Below are positions 48,193 through 57,122 of a stretch of DNA of 64,000 bases, piece by piece (position 1 is the first letter of the stretch; each line of letters starts with the position of its first letter). The DNA is taken from contig CAZIZX010000002.1 in NCBI GenBank assembly GCA_964544275.1, forward strand, positions 96,100 through 160,099, written 5' to 3'. A program made the translations under genes and the position numbers. The notes under the pieces are model-generated. The model was not told the DNA's origin. It saw nothing but the letters and a program-made list of their open reading frames with translations, and made no database searches. The DNA comes from an uncultured Gammaproteobacteria bacterium. GTDB taxonomy: Bacteria > Patescibacteriota > Microgenomatia > UBA12405.

Positions 48193-50142
48193 TTAAATGT
48201 CTAATGTAGCCAAGTGGGCGTGGGTCTGAATAAATTTTTTTCGAGGCGGAACATCGCTACTCATTAAAACCCTAAAAGTTTCGTCAGTTTTCTGGGCATC
48301 TTCGATAGAAACTTTCTTAAGAAGCCTGGTTTCGGGATTCATGGTGGTATCCCAGAGTTGTTGAGGATTCATTTCTCCCAAACCCTTATAACGCTGGATG
48401 TCGAAGGCTTTGCTGGTATCGATTGATTTGAGGTAAGTTTCTTTTTCTTCTTCGGTATAGACATATTTGACTGTTTTGCCCTGCTGGATTCGATAAAGAG
48501 GCGGCATGGCAATATAGACATAACCGTTTTCGATGGTGTAGGGCATGTGGCGGAAGAGAAAAGTTAGAAGGAGGGTGGAAATATGGGCGCCATCAACGTC
48601 AGCGTCAGCCATGAGGATGATACGGTGATAACGGAGTTTCTCCGGGTTGAGGGTTTCCCCTATTCCCATGCCCAGAGCGATAATCAGGTCTTTCAGCTTA
48701 TCAGAGCCGACAATTTTGTCTAGGCGCATACCTTCGGTGTTGAGGGCTTTGCCCCAAAGTGGCAAAATGGCCTGGAAGCGGCGGTCTCTTCCTTGTTTGG
48801 CGCTACCGCCAGCCGAATCGCCTTCGACGATATATATTTCCGAATCCTGTGGGTTTTTTGATTGACAGTCGGCCAGTTTGCCGGGAAGTCCGAGAGAGTC
48901 GAAAACGCCTTTGCGCATAATTGCCTCCTTGGCGGCTTTGGCAGCTTTGCGGATTTGGATGGCCAATAATGATTTTTGGACGATTGATCGGGCGACATCG
49001 GGATGTTCTTCAAAAAACATATCAAGTTCTTCTTTGACGATTTTGGTGACTATGGGTTGGACTTCGCTGTTGCCAAGTCGACCTTTGGTTTGACCTTCGA
49101 ATTGAAGATCGCGACTAGGCATTTTGACGGAGATAACGGCAGTTAGGCCTTCGCGGGTATCGTCGCCGGTGATATTATCATCTTTGTTTTTGAGTAATTC
49201 TTTTTTGATAGCATAATCTTTGACGGATCGGGTGAGGGCTGTTTTGAAACCGGACAAATGAGTGCCGCCCTCATGAGTGTTGATAATATTGACGTAAGAA
49301 GGGGTATTTTCCTGAAAAGTATCGTTATATTGGATAGCAACTTCCAGATCAACGCCATTAGCCTGATCCTGGCCGTGGATGTAAATTGGTTCGTGGACAG
49401 TAACTTTATTTTTGTTGAGTTCGGTCAGAAGTGATACGATGCCGCCTTCGAAGTAATAGTGGTGTTGGGTATTGTGTCTTTCGTCGAAATAATGAAAGTA
49501 TATTTTGGAGGTCAGGTAAGCTCGATCTTTGAGGGATTTTAAAATGATTTTGGAATCAAACTCGGTGGTTTCTTTGAAAATTACAGGGTCCGGGAGGAAG
49601 GTAACGGTGGTACCGGTGGTACCTTGGGGGATAATTTTACTTAATAGTTTGACGTTGGTTTGAGGTATTTGGGTTAGTTTGGTTTTGACTTTGCCTCGAC
49701 TGAATTCCATGAGATAGATCTTGTCGTCCCGGCGAACTTCGACTCGGTAGGCCTGGGACAAGGCGTTAACGCAGGCGGCACCGACACCGTGCAATCCTCC
49801 AGAAACTTTGTAGGCGGCACCTTCAAATTTGCCGCCAGAGTGGAGGGTGGTCATAATGACTTCCAGGGCTGGCTTATTGTATTTGGGCATGATGTCGATG
49901 GGGATTCCCCTACCGTCGTCGGCAACAGAAATGGAGTTGTCAGGATGAACAACAACCCAAATATTTTTGGCAAAACCGGCCAGGGCTTCATCGATGGAGT
50001 TGTCAACAATTTCGGTTAGACAATGGTGGAGTCCTCGAACATCAGTGGTGCCGATATACATGGCAGGCCGTTTTCTGACCGGCTCAAGACCTTCTAAAAC
50101 TACAATTTGTTGGCTGGTATATTCTTGTTTTGGGGCTGGCAT
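48193..50142 (-). CDS. gyrB: DNA gyrase subunit B
   Basis: EIVDNSIDE, GGLHGVG, VEGDSAGGS, DADVDG, RYKGLGEM. Confidence 0.97.
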   Translation of the reverse strand: MPAPKQEYTSQQIVVLEGLEPVRKRPAMYIGTTDVRGLHHCLTEIVDNSIDEALAGFAKNIWVVVHPDNSISVADDGRGIPIDIMPKYNKPALEVIMTTLHSGGKFEGAAYKVSGGLHGVGAACVNALSQAYRVEVRRDDKIYLMEFSRGKVKTKLTQIPQTNVKLLSKIIPQGTTGTTVTFLPDPVIFKETTEFDSKIILKSLKDRAYLTSKIYFHYFDERHNTQHHYYFEGGIVSLLTELNKNKVTVHEPIYIHGQDQANGVDLEVAIQYNDTFQENTPSYVNIINTHEGGTHLSGFKTALTRSVKDYAIKKELLKNKDDNITGDDTREGLTAVISVKMPSRDLQFEGQTKGRLGNSEVQPIVTKIVKEELDMFFEEHPDVARSIVQKSLLAIQIRKAAKAAKEAIMRKGVFDSLGLPGKLADCQSKNPQDSEIYIVEGDSAGGSAKQGRDRRFQAILPLWGKALNTEGMRLDKIVGSDKLKDLIIALGMGIGETLNPEKLRYHRIILMADADVDGAHISTLLLTFLFRHMPYTIENGYVYIAMPPLYRIQQGKTVKYVYTEEEKETYLKSIDTSKAFDIQRYKGLGEMNPQQLWDTTMNPETRLLKKVSIEDAQKTDETFRVLMSSDVPPRKKFIQTHAHLATLDI

Positions 50143-50378
50143 GATTTGATTTTAGGGCTTTTTTTAATACATAAACATTCTAACAGAGCTAAGTTAGCTT
50201 TACAATAAGCAAATTATGCCTATAGATAGGGTAAATAAAGTACATTTTTGACAAGAAAACAGAATGAAATATTTTGCCTTAGTTTGGGTGAAAGTATTAT
50301 CGTTGGACTAGGACCCATAATAATGGTATAATTAAGTTATAGGGATATAAATATACACATCGATATGGTTTGGTAGGA

Positions 50379-50915
50379 TTAGTTACTCTGGCTGATTATA
50401 TGGAAGGAAATTACCGAGGCGGCGACCAGGACATTTAAGGACTTATTGATACCGTACATGGGAATTTCTACAATCTGATCGACGTGTTGGAGAGTTTTTG
50501 GGGAAATTCCCAGAGATTCACTGCCGACGATGAGTGCCAGGGGAAATTTGTAGCTGGCGTTGAGATAAGAAGCGCTGTTGGGCGCTTGTTCGATAGCAAC
50601 GGTGTAGTAGCCGTTTTTTTTGAGGTGTTTGATGCAATCGATCGTAGATGGGCAGTGTTCCCAGGGAATCCATTTCCAAGTACCGATGGAAGAGCGGTGG
50701 ATTTTGATATTGGGCGGAGTGACTACCGGGCCGCAAAGATAAATTTTTTCGGCAGCCAGGGCGTCGGCCAGGCGGAAAAAAGTACCGACATTGTAAGTGT
50801 CAACGACGTTGTCCAGTACCAGGACCAGAGGATGACGCTTGATATTTTTTTGATTTTTGCCAGCTGAGGCTGGGTGGCTTTTTCTGATTTGATGAGAATT
50901 TAGCTTTTGGGACAT
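50379..50915 (-). CDS. SpoU/TrmH-family RNA methyltransferase
   Basis: NVG..FR.AD, GSE..GIS, IPMYG...SLNV. Confidence 0.9.
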   Translation of the reverse strand: MSQKLNSHQIRKSHPASAGKNQKNIKRHPLVLVLDNVVDTYNVGTFFRLADALAAEKIYLCGPVVTPPNIKIHRSSIGTWKWIPWEHCPSTIDCIKHLKKNGYYTVAIEQAPNSASYLNASYKFPLALIVGSESLGISPKTLQHVDQIVEIPMYGINKSLNVLVAASVISFHIISQSN

Positions 50916-50930
50916 GAATAGATTCTAACA

Positions 50931-50954
50931 AAAAAAGCCGCTAAAAGCGGCTTT
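50931..50954 (-). terminator. Terminator
   Basis: AAAGCCGCT/AGCGGCTTT with a U tract on the minus strand. Confidence 0.75.
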
Positions 50955-50974
50955 AATTGAAAACAAAGTGGTTT

Positions 50975-51952
50975 TTAGTTGCAAGCAGCGCCGGTTTGGG
51001 CAACGGCTTGAGCTTCGGGTACTGAGTCAAGTGTGGTGTTGCACTCTCTGGGAGATTTTTTGAAGGCAGAGCAAACAGCTTCCTTGATGGTATTGGGTGA
51101 TCGGTATTGACTTTGTTGAATAGTTTTTTTACCTACTTTGAGAGAGCCGGTGCCATCTTGGGTGTAGGCTTCCTGAGGTGGGAAGTTAACGCCGTTGACC
51201 AGGACTGTGGGCGAGGCGGTGACCTGTTTGGCGGTGGTGGCGGCGATTTCTGCTTCAATCAAGTCAATTGTTTGCTCATTGAAACAGGTAGTAATCTGAT
51301 TGACGTCAAGTCCGGATTTCTGGGCCTGGTCTTGCCAGCAGGTATCGGCATTTTGGTCGTTACAGTTTAGGTTGACGTTGTCGACAAAATTCCACCACAT
51401 TTTTTTGTCTTGGGCTAGGTTATAGGCGCAAATTTCACGGACGTTTTGATTAGCTTCTACCCGACCGTGCAAAGAGGAGTAATAAACACCATTTTCGGCT
51501 TTAATGTAAGCACTTTCGTTGGTGCAGGTTTTTTTGCTGTCTTCGATGGTTTTCTTGCAGGTAGCTTCATCCTGGAAATAACCGTTTTGGACATAAACAG
51601 AGCAAAGAGAAGGATCGCCAACCCGTTGAGGACCGCAATAGCTGGCAAGACCACCTTCAATTTTGTCGAAAATGTAGCGAGGACGGATATTGGCTTTGTC
51701 GCCAAGAAGGTCAGCCACTGGTCTGATAACATCTTCGATTTGATTACCATAAGGACAAAAGCTCATGACGTAAAATTCCAACTCCGGAGTCTCGGACTTT
51801 TCGACAGCGAAGACGTTTTTGGCACTGAGGGTGTCACCCTGCAATTTTGATCTGGTGAAGGTTACTCCAGAATAAAAAGAAGTGGCAAAAAACAGGACAA
51901 TGAATAATATAGCGGCCGGGGTGGGTACTTTCAAATATTTTTTGGTTTTCAT
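50975..51952 (-). CDS. Exported thioredoxin-fold (DsbA/GILT-like) protein
   Basis: N-terminal TM, FYVMSFCPYG, SLHG..E..N, cis-Pro loop ASPTVLVNG. Confidence 0.75.
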   Translation of the reverse strand: MKTKKYLKVPTPAAILFIVLFFATSFYSGVTFTRSKLQGDTLSAKNVFAVEKSETPELEFYVMSFCPYGNQIEDVIRPVADLLGDKANIRPRYIFDKIEGGLASYCGPQRVGDPSLCSVYVQNGYFQDEATCKKTIEDSKKTCTNESAYIKAENGVYYSSLHGRVEANQNVREICAYNLAQDKKMWWNFVDNVNLNCNDQNADTCWQDQAQKSGLDVNQITTCFNEQTIDLIEAEIAATTAKQVTASPTVLVNGVNFPPQEAYTQDGTGSLKVGKKTIQQSQYRSPNTIKEAVCSAFKKSPRECNTTLDSVPEAQAVAQTGAACN

Positions 51953-51969
51953 ATTTTTTAAAGTAATAA

Positions 51970-52170
51970 TTATTTTTCGACAACAGTAATGGCTGCTACC
52001 GGACAGGAGTCGATAACAGTTTGAATGTCGGGAGTAATTTCTTGGGGTTGGCGGATGACTTTGGCTTTGAAAGTGTCTTTATCCAGCTCGAAGATGTCCG
52101 GGGCCATCAGAGGACAGGTGTTGCAACCGATGCAGGTTTCCTGGTCAACATTAATTAACTTTTTTGGCAT
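51970..52170 (-). CDS. Single-cluster ferredoxin
   Basis: CIGCNTC...AP..F...CPV.AI. Confidence 0.9.
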   Translation of the reverse strand: MPKKLINVDQETCIGCNTCPLMAPDIFELDKDTFKAKVIRQPQEITPDIQTVIDSCPVAAITVVEK

Positions 52171-52193
52171 GATTCTTTTAGATTAACAGATCA

Positions 52194-52700
52194 TTATAGC
52201 ATTTTGGAATAGGTAGGTTGATTTTCTTTGGCGAACTGCCCGGAAGTAATGATGGCGTTCATGATAAGAGCGATCCTTTCTTCGGCTTCCGATTGGGTTA
52301 ATTTTTTTAAATTATTGGGGAAGTAATGAAGAATTTCGTTGCGTCCAAATTTCCAGGCGTCCCAGAGAGTTTCAGCAAGCTCCTCTCCCCTATCGTGTAA
52401 GTCGGTAAGTTTTTGGAAAATGGAAAAGCGCTTGTAGCGAAGCGAGGGGTTGAGGGTTTTACCGACACGAAAACGGTCGCTTTCGTAATTAAATTTATCG
52501 ATGATGCCAACTTTCAGAAAAAAGTCTTTGAGATAACCTTCGTAGGCTTTGGCGGCGGGAGCTACCAGGAAGGAATAATCTGAAATATGGTTTTGCTGGA
52601 GACATTGTCTGATGGTCTGAATGTCGGAAATAAGTGATTGTTGTTGAGTCGATAAGTGGCCTTTGGCCTTTTCCAGGAGGTGGTCAGATAGTTGGGTCAT
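52194..52700 (-). CDS. RnlA/LsoA-like HEPN domain protein
   Basis: DYSFLVAPAAKAYEGYLK and RNEILH (Rx4H). Confidence 0.6.
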   Translation of the reverse strand: MTQLSDHLLEKAKGHLSTQQQSLISDIQTIRQCLQQNHISDYSFLVAPAAKAYEGYLKDFFLKVGIIDKFNYESDRFRVGKTLNPSLRYKRFSIFQKLTDLHDRGEELAETLWDAWKFGRNEILHYFPNNLKKLTQSEAEERIALIMNAIITSGQFAKENQPTYSKML

Positions 52701-53260
52701 ATATTAGTTCTGGTGAGGATATAAACAAAAAGACAGGTAGTCAAGAGAAAGAATAGAATATAGTGCTTGAGATAATCTATGGGCAATTGCTTTTTTTCCC
52801 GGGCAAACAGCCAATTTTGGAGACGTTTCTTGTCCTGGTTATAATCGATAATTTCCTCGATTAAAAGATGGACGTTGAGAGCCAGAACCACGGCTTTGGT
52901 GAAAATGCCGGAAGTTGAGGTAAAGACAAAGAATGAAATTAAGACTAAAACGACTTGAAAAAAATAGTGATGAAAGATGAGGTTGGTGTGACTTTGTCGG
53001 GTTTGTCTATAGATTTCCAGGAGTGATTTGTAATCTTTATTTTTAAGGGCGGTTTGGGCCAGACGGCTTTCTTCAATATTGGGCTTGAGGTAAAACCAGA
53101 AAATAAGGTGGTCCAGTTCAAGAAGAAAAGCTCCCCAGGCGAGTCCAAAAAAAAGATAAACAAAGTCAAAAATTCTGACCTGCTCGATGAGCCAAAAGAT
53201 ACTGATGAATATAAATATTCCCAGCAGAGGGAATAGATGCTGCCTAAATTCTTGTTTCAC
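52697..53260 (-). CDS. Membrane protein, possible metal-dependent hydrolase
   Basis: TM segments; ELDH, FHH and HLL.E motifs. Confidence 0.55.
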   Translation of the reverse strand: MKQEFRQHLFPLLGIFIFISIFWLIEQVRIFDFVYLFFGLAWGAFLLELDHLIFWFYLKPNIEESRLAQTALKNKDYKSLLEIYRQTRQSHTNLIFHHYFFQVVLVLISFFVFTSTSGIFTKAVVLALNVHLLIEEIIDYNQDKKRLQNWLFAREKKQLPIDYLKHYILFFLLTTCLFVYILTRTNI

Positions 53261-53281
53261 TAAATCAATAATAGCAGAAGA

Positions 53282-53602
53282 TCAGGACGGGTTATTTTGT
53301 TTTGCCTCCGTTTTTATTTGTTTTAGTTTCCACATGAAAAGCTTGTAGGGTGTTTTGATGCTGCCGGTTGTTTGGTCTTTGACAAAGTAGCGGGCTTTTT
53401 CCAGTAATCCCCTATCGATTTGTTTGGCCAGACGGATATAAAGAGAGCGGTTTTTCCAATCACCTAATTCTTTGGCCAGCTCTAGGCCGTAGGCCTGGTA
53501 TTCATTTTTGACGTATTTCTGGCGGCCTTTTAGGGTCTGTTTAAAGAGATCAAGCTGGTCTTTGATGGATGAGGTGTTGTCGGCCACATCTAATTTTACC
53601 AA
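53282..53602 (-). CDS. Hypothetical helical protein
   Basis: 106-aa ORF; EYQ.YG..LA.EL.D...SLYIRLAK...LFMW. Confidence 0.65.
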   Translation of the reverse strand: MVKLDVADNTSSIKDQLDLFKQTLKGRQKYVKNEYQAYGLELAKELGDWKNRSLYIRLAKQIDRGLLEKARYFVKDQTTGSIKTPYKLFMWKLKQIKTEAKQNNPS

Positions 53603-53626
53603 CTGGAAAGCAAGAAAACCTTTATT

Positions 53627-53830
53627 TTAGGTGTAGAGGTGGCGAGCCATGTCTTCAGGTCTGATAACGGTAACCTGTTCCCCGTTCCTGGTTTCAGTAA
53701 AGGGAGTTTTCCAGGTTTCGCCATCGTCGGCCAGTACTGTTCTTTGGCCGGCAATTATTTGAGGGAGTGAGTTGAGATCGATAGACTTGGGTTGGTTTGT
53801 AACTTTAGGACTTTCGACATTGTTGGTCAT
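53627..53830 (-). CDS. Hypothetical small protein
   Basis: 67-aa ORF downstream of a consensus promoter. Confidence 0.6.
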   Translation of the reverse strand: MTNNVESPKVTNQPKSIDLNSLPQIIAGQRTVLADDGETWKTPFTETRNGEQVTVIRPEDMARHLYT

Positions 53831-53926
53831 GGTGTCTATGTTTTGTAAATTAATAATGAAAAAGTAAGTTTAGGTGGGCTTTAAGTGGGCGTGAGCCGAA
53901 GGAATTCTTGTTGGGAGTAGACTTTG

Positions 53927-53955
53927 ATTTTAGGATACTAAAAAGCGGTTGTCAA
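53927..53955 (-). promoter_or_regulatory. Sigma70 promoter
   Basis: TTGACA-17-TAAAAT on the minus strand. Confidence 0.75.
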
Positions 53956-53961
53956 ATTGAG

Positions 53962-54038
53962 TGGTGGACCGTGGGGGAGTTGAACCCCCGACCTCACCCA
54001 TGCGAAGGGTGCGCTCTAGCCAACTGAGCTAACGGCCC
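53962..54038 (-). tRNA. tRNA-Ala(CGC)
   Basis: GGGCCGT/ACGGTCC with G3-U70; CACCC-TT CGC AT-GGGTG; CCA encoded. Confidence 0.95.
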
Positions 54039-54569
54039 TTAGAGTAAGTTTTTTAAATCGATCAGGACTTGATTGATGGTGGTATCTATTATAACTCTTT
54101 CTGCTGGTGTGAAGGGTAAAAGTACGAATTTTTCGACCGGGGTTTGATCAGGGGGGTGGCCGATACCAAGGCGAATCCGATGAAAAGCCTGAGTGTTGAG
54201 GTGTTCGATAATGGAGAGGATACCATTGTGGCCGGCGGGTCCCCGGTCAAATTGGAGCCGGTAATCCCCTACTGGCAAGTCAAGGTCATCGTGGATAATG
54301 TAAATGTTTTTAGTTGAAATTTTGTAATAATCAGCCAGGGCCTTGACGGTGACGCCTGAGTTATTCATGTACTGGCCGGCATAAGCTAAAATTTTTTTTT
54401 GACCACTCCCCCACCCTGTTGCCTGGGTCAGGTGAGCCTGAAGTTTGGGGTGATAGTTTGTTTTCAGATTTAATTCCGAAATTAATTTTTTTATGACGGT
54501 TTGGCCCAAATTATGGCGGGTATTTTGATATTGTTTATCCGGGTTTCCCAGACCGATTATTAGTTTCAT
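54039..54569 (-). CDS. pth: Peptidyl-tRNA hydrolase
   Basis: IGLGNP, TRHNLG, YMNNSG, HDDLD, GHNG. Confidence 0.96.
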   Translation of the reverse strand: MKLIIGLGNPDKQYQNTRHNLGQTVIKKLISELNLKTNYHPKLQAHLTQATGWGSGQKKILAYAGQYMNNSGVTVKALADYYKISTKNIYIIHDDLDLPVGDYRLQFDRGPAGHNGILSIIEHLNTQAFHRIRLGIGHPPDQTPVEKFVLLPFTPAERVIIDTTINQVLIDLKNLL

Positions 54570-54749
54570 GTGTTATTTTAACGCTTGAGTGATCAGAAAT
54601 ATACTGATGTATAAAGTGTATTTAAATTATATAAAGATTCTTAGTGATATATTTTGATATATAAATATCCCCTGAGCTTGGGACAAATTTAAAATCAGGT
54701 TTAAACTAGCAGTCGTAAGCATAGACTGCTAGTATGTAATGGATGTGTT

Positions 54750-55176
54750 TTATTTTTGGTTGGAATAAAATTGGGAAAGGGAAAAGAAAAGAGGTTCGAT
54801 ATGAAGAGTTATCAGCCTGTCGGAAGCATCTTTGAGCATGGCTTCTTCGGTTTGGGGAATGACGGGAGTGGCGATAATAATTTGGGTTTGAGGGAGTAAT
54901 TTTCTGATGATATCAGTGTATTCATTGTATTCTTGACCCCTGGTCTCACCGGTGTCACAGATAACAAGGTAAGAAGCTGGTTTATGACTTTTTGACTTAA
55001 TAATCTGAGGGAGAAATTCGGCTTTTAGTTTTAGATTTTTCCCCCAGAAGCTGGCAATAAGTTTGTGCGTCCGGGTTGATGTAGCCAAAGATGGTGTTCT
55101 GGTTGGTTAATTTCAATTCTCCGGTTATTTTCTGGCAGAGTAAAGAAGCCGATTCGGTTTTGTTTTTGAAAATCAT
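54750..55176 (-). pseudogene. Phosphoribosyltransferase-like gene split by one extra base in a G5A5 tract
   Basis: MIFKNKTES.SLL..K (ATG 55176, stop 54997) and, in another frame, VICDTG...IIIATPV...SLSQFY; removing one base at 55036-55045 gives a 141-aa protein. Confidence 0.7.
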
Positions 55177-57110
55177 GGTTTATTTTGGGAGAGTAAATCA
55201 TTAAACTGTTCTTCGCTGATGATGGGTATGCCCAGCTTGAGGGCGGTTTTGTATTTACTGGAAGCAGAGTTGGTTTGGTTGGTTAAAAGAAAGTTAGTGG
55301 TGACGGAAACAGACGAAGATACTCTGCCGCCCTGGGATTCTATGTCGGCAATGATGTCTTTTCGGGGACGGGAGAGGCTGCCGGTAATGACGAAGGTCTG
55401 ATTGCCTAATTTATTTGGGGTTGATTCTTTTTTGATGTCGATTTGACCAAGAAGGGATAAAATAAAATCCCGGCGGTTTTTTATGCCCTCAACAATTTTT
55501 TGGGCTAGTGTACTTTTGATGCCGGGAAGATTTTCCAGGTCAGTTTGAGTGATATTCAGGATTTTTTGGGGTGTATCGAAGCCCGAGGTAATAAGTTGCT
55601 GGATTCTTTGGGAGCTGAAGTTGGGGATGACTGAGGCGTCGAATAATTGGCGCAGGGTAAGCTGTTTTTTGGTTTGGATTTCTCTGACAATGTTGGTGCC
55701 CGATTTGTCACCCAAGCCCTCCAACTCCTTGAAGTCTTCGATTTTGAGCTGGTAGAAATCACCTGGGAGGCGGACTTTTTCGGCTTCAAAAAGTTTTTTG
55801 ATGGTTTTTTTGGAGATATTTTTGATGTCGAGAGTTTTTATAAAAAGATTGAGACTGCCTAGGATTTGGGCGGGGCAATTGAAAATATTGGGACAGGATA
55901 TGTGTTTTTCGTCAATAATTAGGTTGGTGTTACAAGAGGGACATTTCTTTGGAGGGTAAGCGTGGCTTGGAGTGACTTTACTGGCAACTTTTTCAACATA
56001 AGGGATGACGTCGCCTCGGCGGCTGATTTCGACAATATCGCCGACATTAATATTTTTTTCCCGGATTAAATCATAATTAGCCAGAGAGGCAAAAGTTATG
56101 ACTGCTCCTGAAATTTCCACCGGTTCGACTTGGGCAACCGGAGTGACTGACCCCATAGGTCCGGTTTGCCAGTTGATACCGAGAATACGAGTTTCGTCAG
56201 TGTTGGCCGGGAATTTGTAAGCTACTTGACCTTTGGGGCGGTTGTTGTGGAAGCCCAGGGATTGTTGTAATTCCAAGTCGTTACTTTTTATAACTAAACC
56301 GTCTATCTCAAAGGGATAAGCCAATCTTTTTTGATTTAGAAATTGAGTATAGATTGATTCAACTTGAGAAAGGTTGGCACAATAGTAATTTTCGACAGTG
56401 ACAATGTTCATATTTTGGAGATAATCCATTTTTTCTTTTTCTGATTTGGGATTACTTTCCAAATTGATTAGATCGACGGCCATCAGGGTGCATAGTTGGC
56501 TATATTTACCGTCAAGGCGTTGGGAGATACCGGAAGCTGCGTTTCTGGGGTTACTGTAATTTTCGTCAGACAGGCGGTTTAAGTTGGCAAAATCTTTGTA
56601 GGTTACTAACAGTTCGCATCGGATGGAACCATTAAAGTTTTGATTCAAGTTTGGGCGGAAATTTTTCATTTTGACAACGTTTTGGGTAATGACATCGCCG
56701 ATCAGGCCGTCACCTCGAGTAATGGCATCGACTACCCTACCCTGACGGTATTCAATTTCAAGGGAAATTCCGTCACACTTGGGTTGAACCAGAAAATCGG
56801 TAGAATCGGGAATCTTTTTGAGACGGAAATAATTTTCTAGATCAGAAAAGTTGCTAACCTTGTTTTGAGATCCCATGGGGATAAGGTGTGGCTTTTTTTC
56901 AAAACCGGTATCGAACGAGGGTGTACCAACTTTGGAAAATAAACGGTGATGGGGATTTTTTTGGCGCAGGATTTCTTCGAGAGTATCGTAAGTGTGATCG
57001 TCCATGATGGGTTTGCCGGTGGTGTAATAGGCTTTTTTGGCATTGATCAAAATCTCTCCCAGATCTTGCGGGGAGATATTTTCCAAATCAATATCTTTGA
57101 GAGTAATCAT
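55173..57110 (-). CDS. ligA: NAD-dependent DNA ligase
   Basis: KCDG, TRGDG, NPRNAASG, DGLVIK, AYKF, GDVIP, Zn finger, BRCT. Confidence 0.95.
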   Translation of the reverse strand: MITLKDIDLENISPQDLGEILINAKKAYYTTGKPIMDDHTYDTLEEILRQKNPHHRLFSKVGTPSFDTGFEKKPHLIPMGSQNKVSNFSDLENYFRLKKIPDSTDFLVQPKCDGISLEIEYRQGRVVDAITRGDGLIGDVITQNVVKMKNFRPNLNQNFNGSIRCELLVTYKDFANLNRLSDENYSNPRNAASGISQRLDGKYSQLCTLMAVDLINLESNPKSEKEKMDYLQNMNIVTVENYYCANLSQVESIYTQFLNQKRLAYPFEIDGLVIKSNDLELQQSLGFHNNRPKGQVAYKFPANTDETRILGINWQTGPMGSVTPVAQVEPVEISGAVITFASLANYDLIREKNINVGDIVEISRRGDVIPYVEKVASKVTPSHAYPPKKCPSCNTNLIIDEKHISCPNIFNCPAQILGSLNLFIKTLDIKNISKKTIKKLFEAEKVRLPGDFYQLKIEDFKELEGLGDKSGTNIVREIQTKKQLTLRQLFDASVIPNFSSQRIQQLITSGFDTPQKILNITQTDLENLPGIKSTLAQKIVEGIKNRRDFILSLLGQIDIKKESTPNKLGNQTFVITGSLSRPRKDIIADIESQGGRVSSSVSVTTNFLLTNQTNSASSKYKTALKLGIPIISEEQFNDLLSQNKP

Positions 57111-57122
57111 TGATTTATTTTA

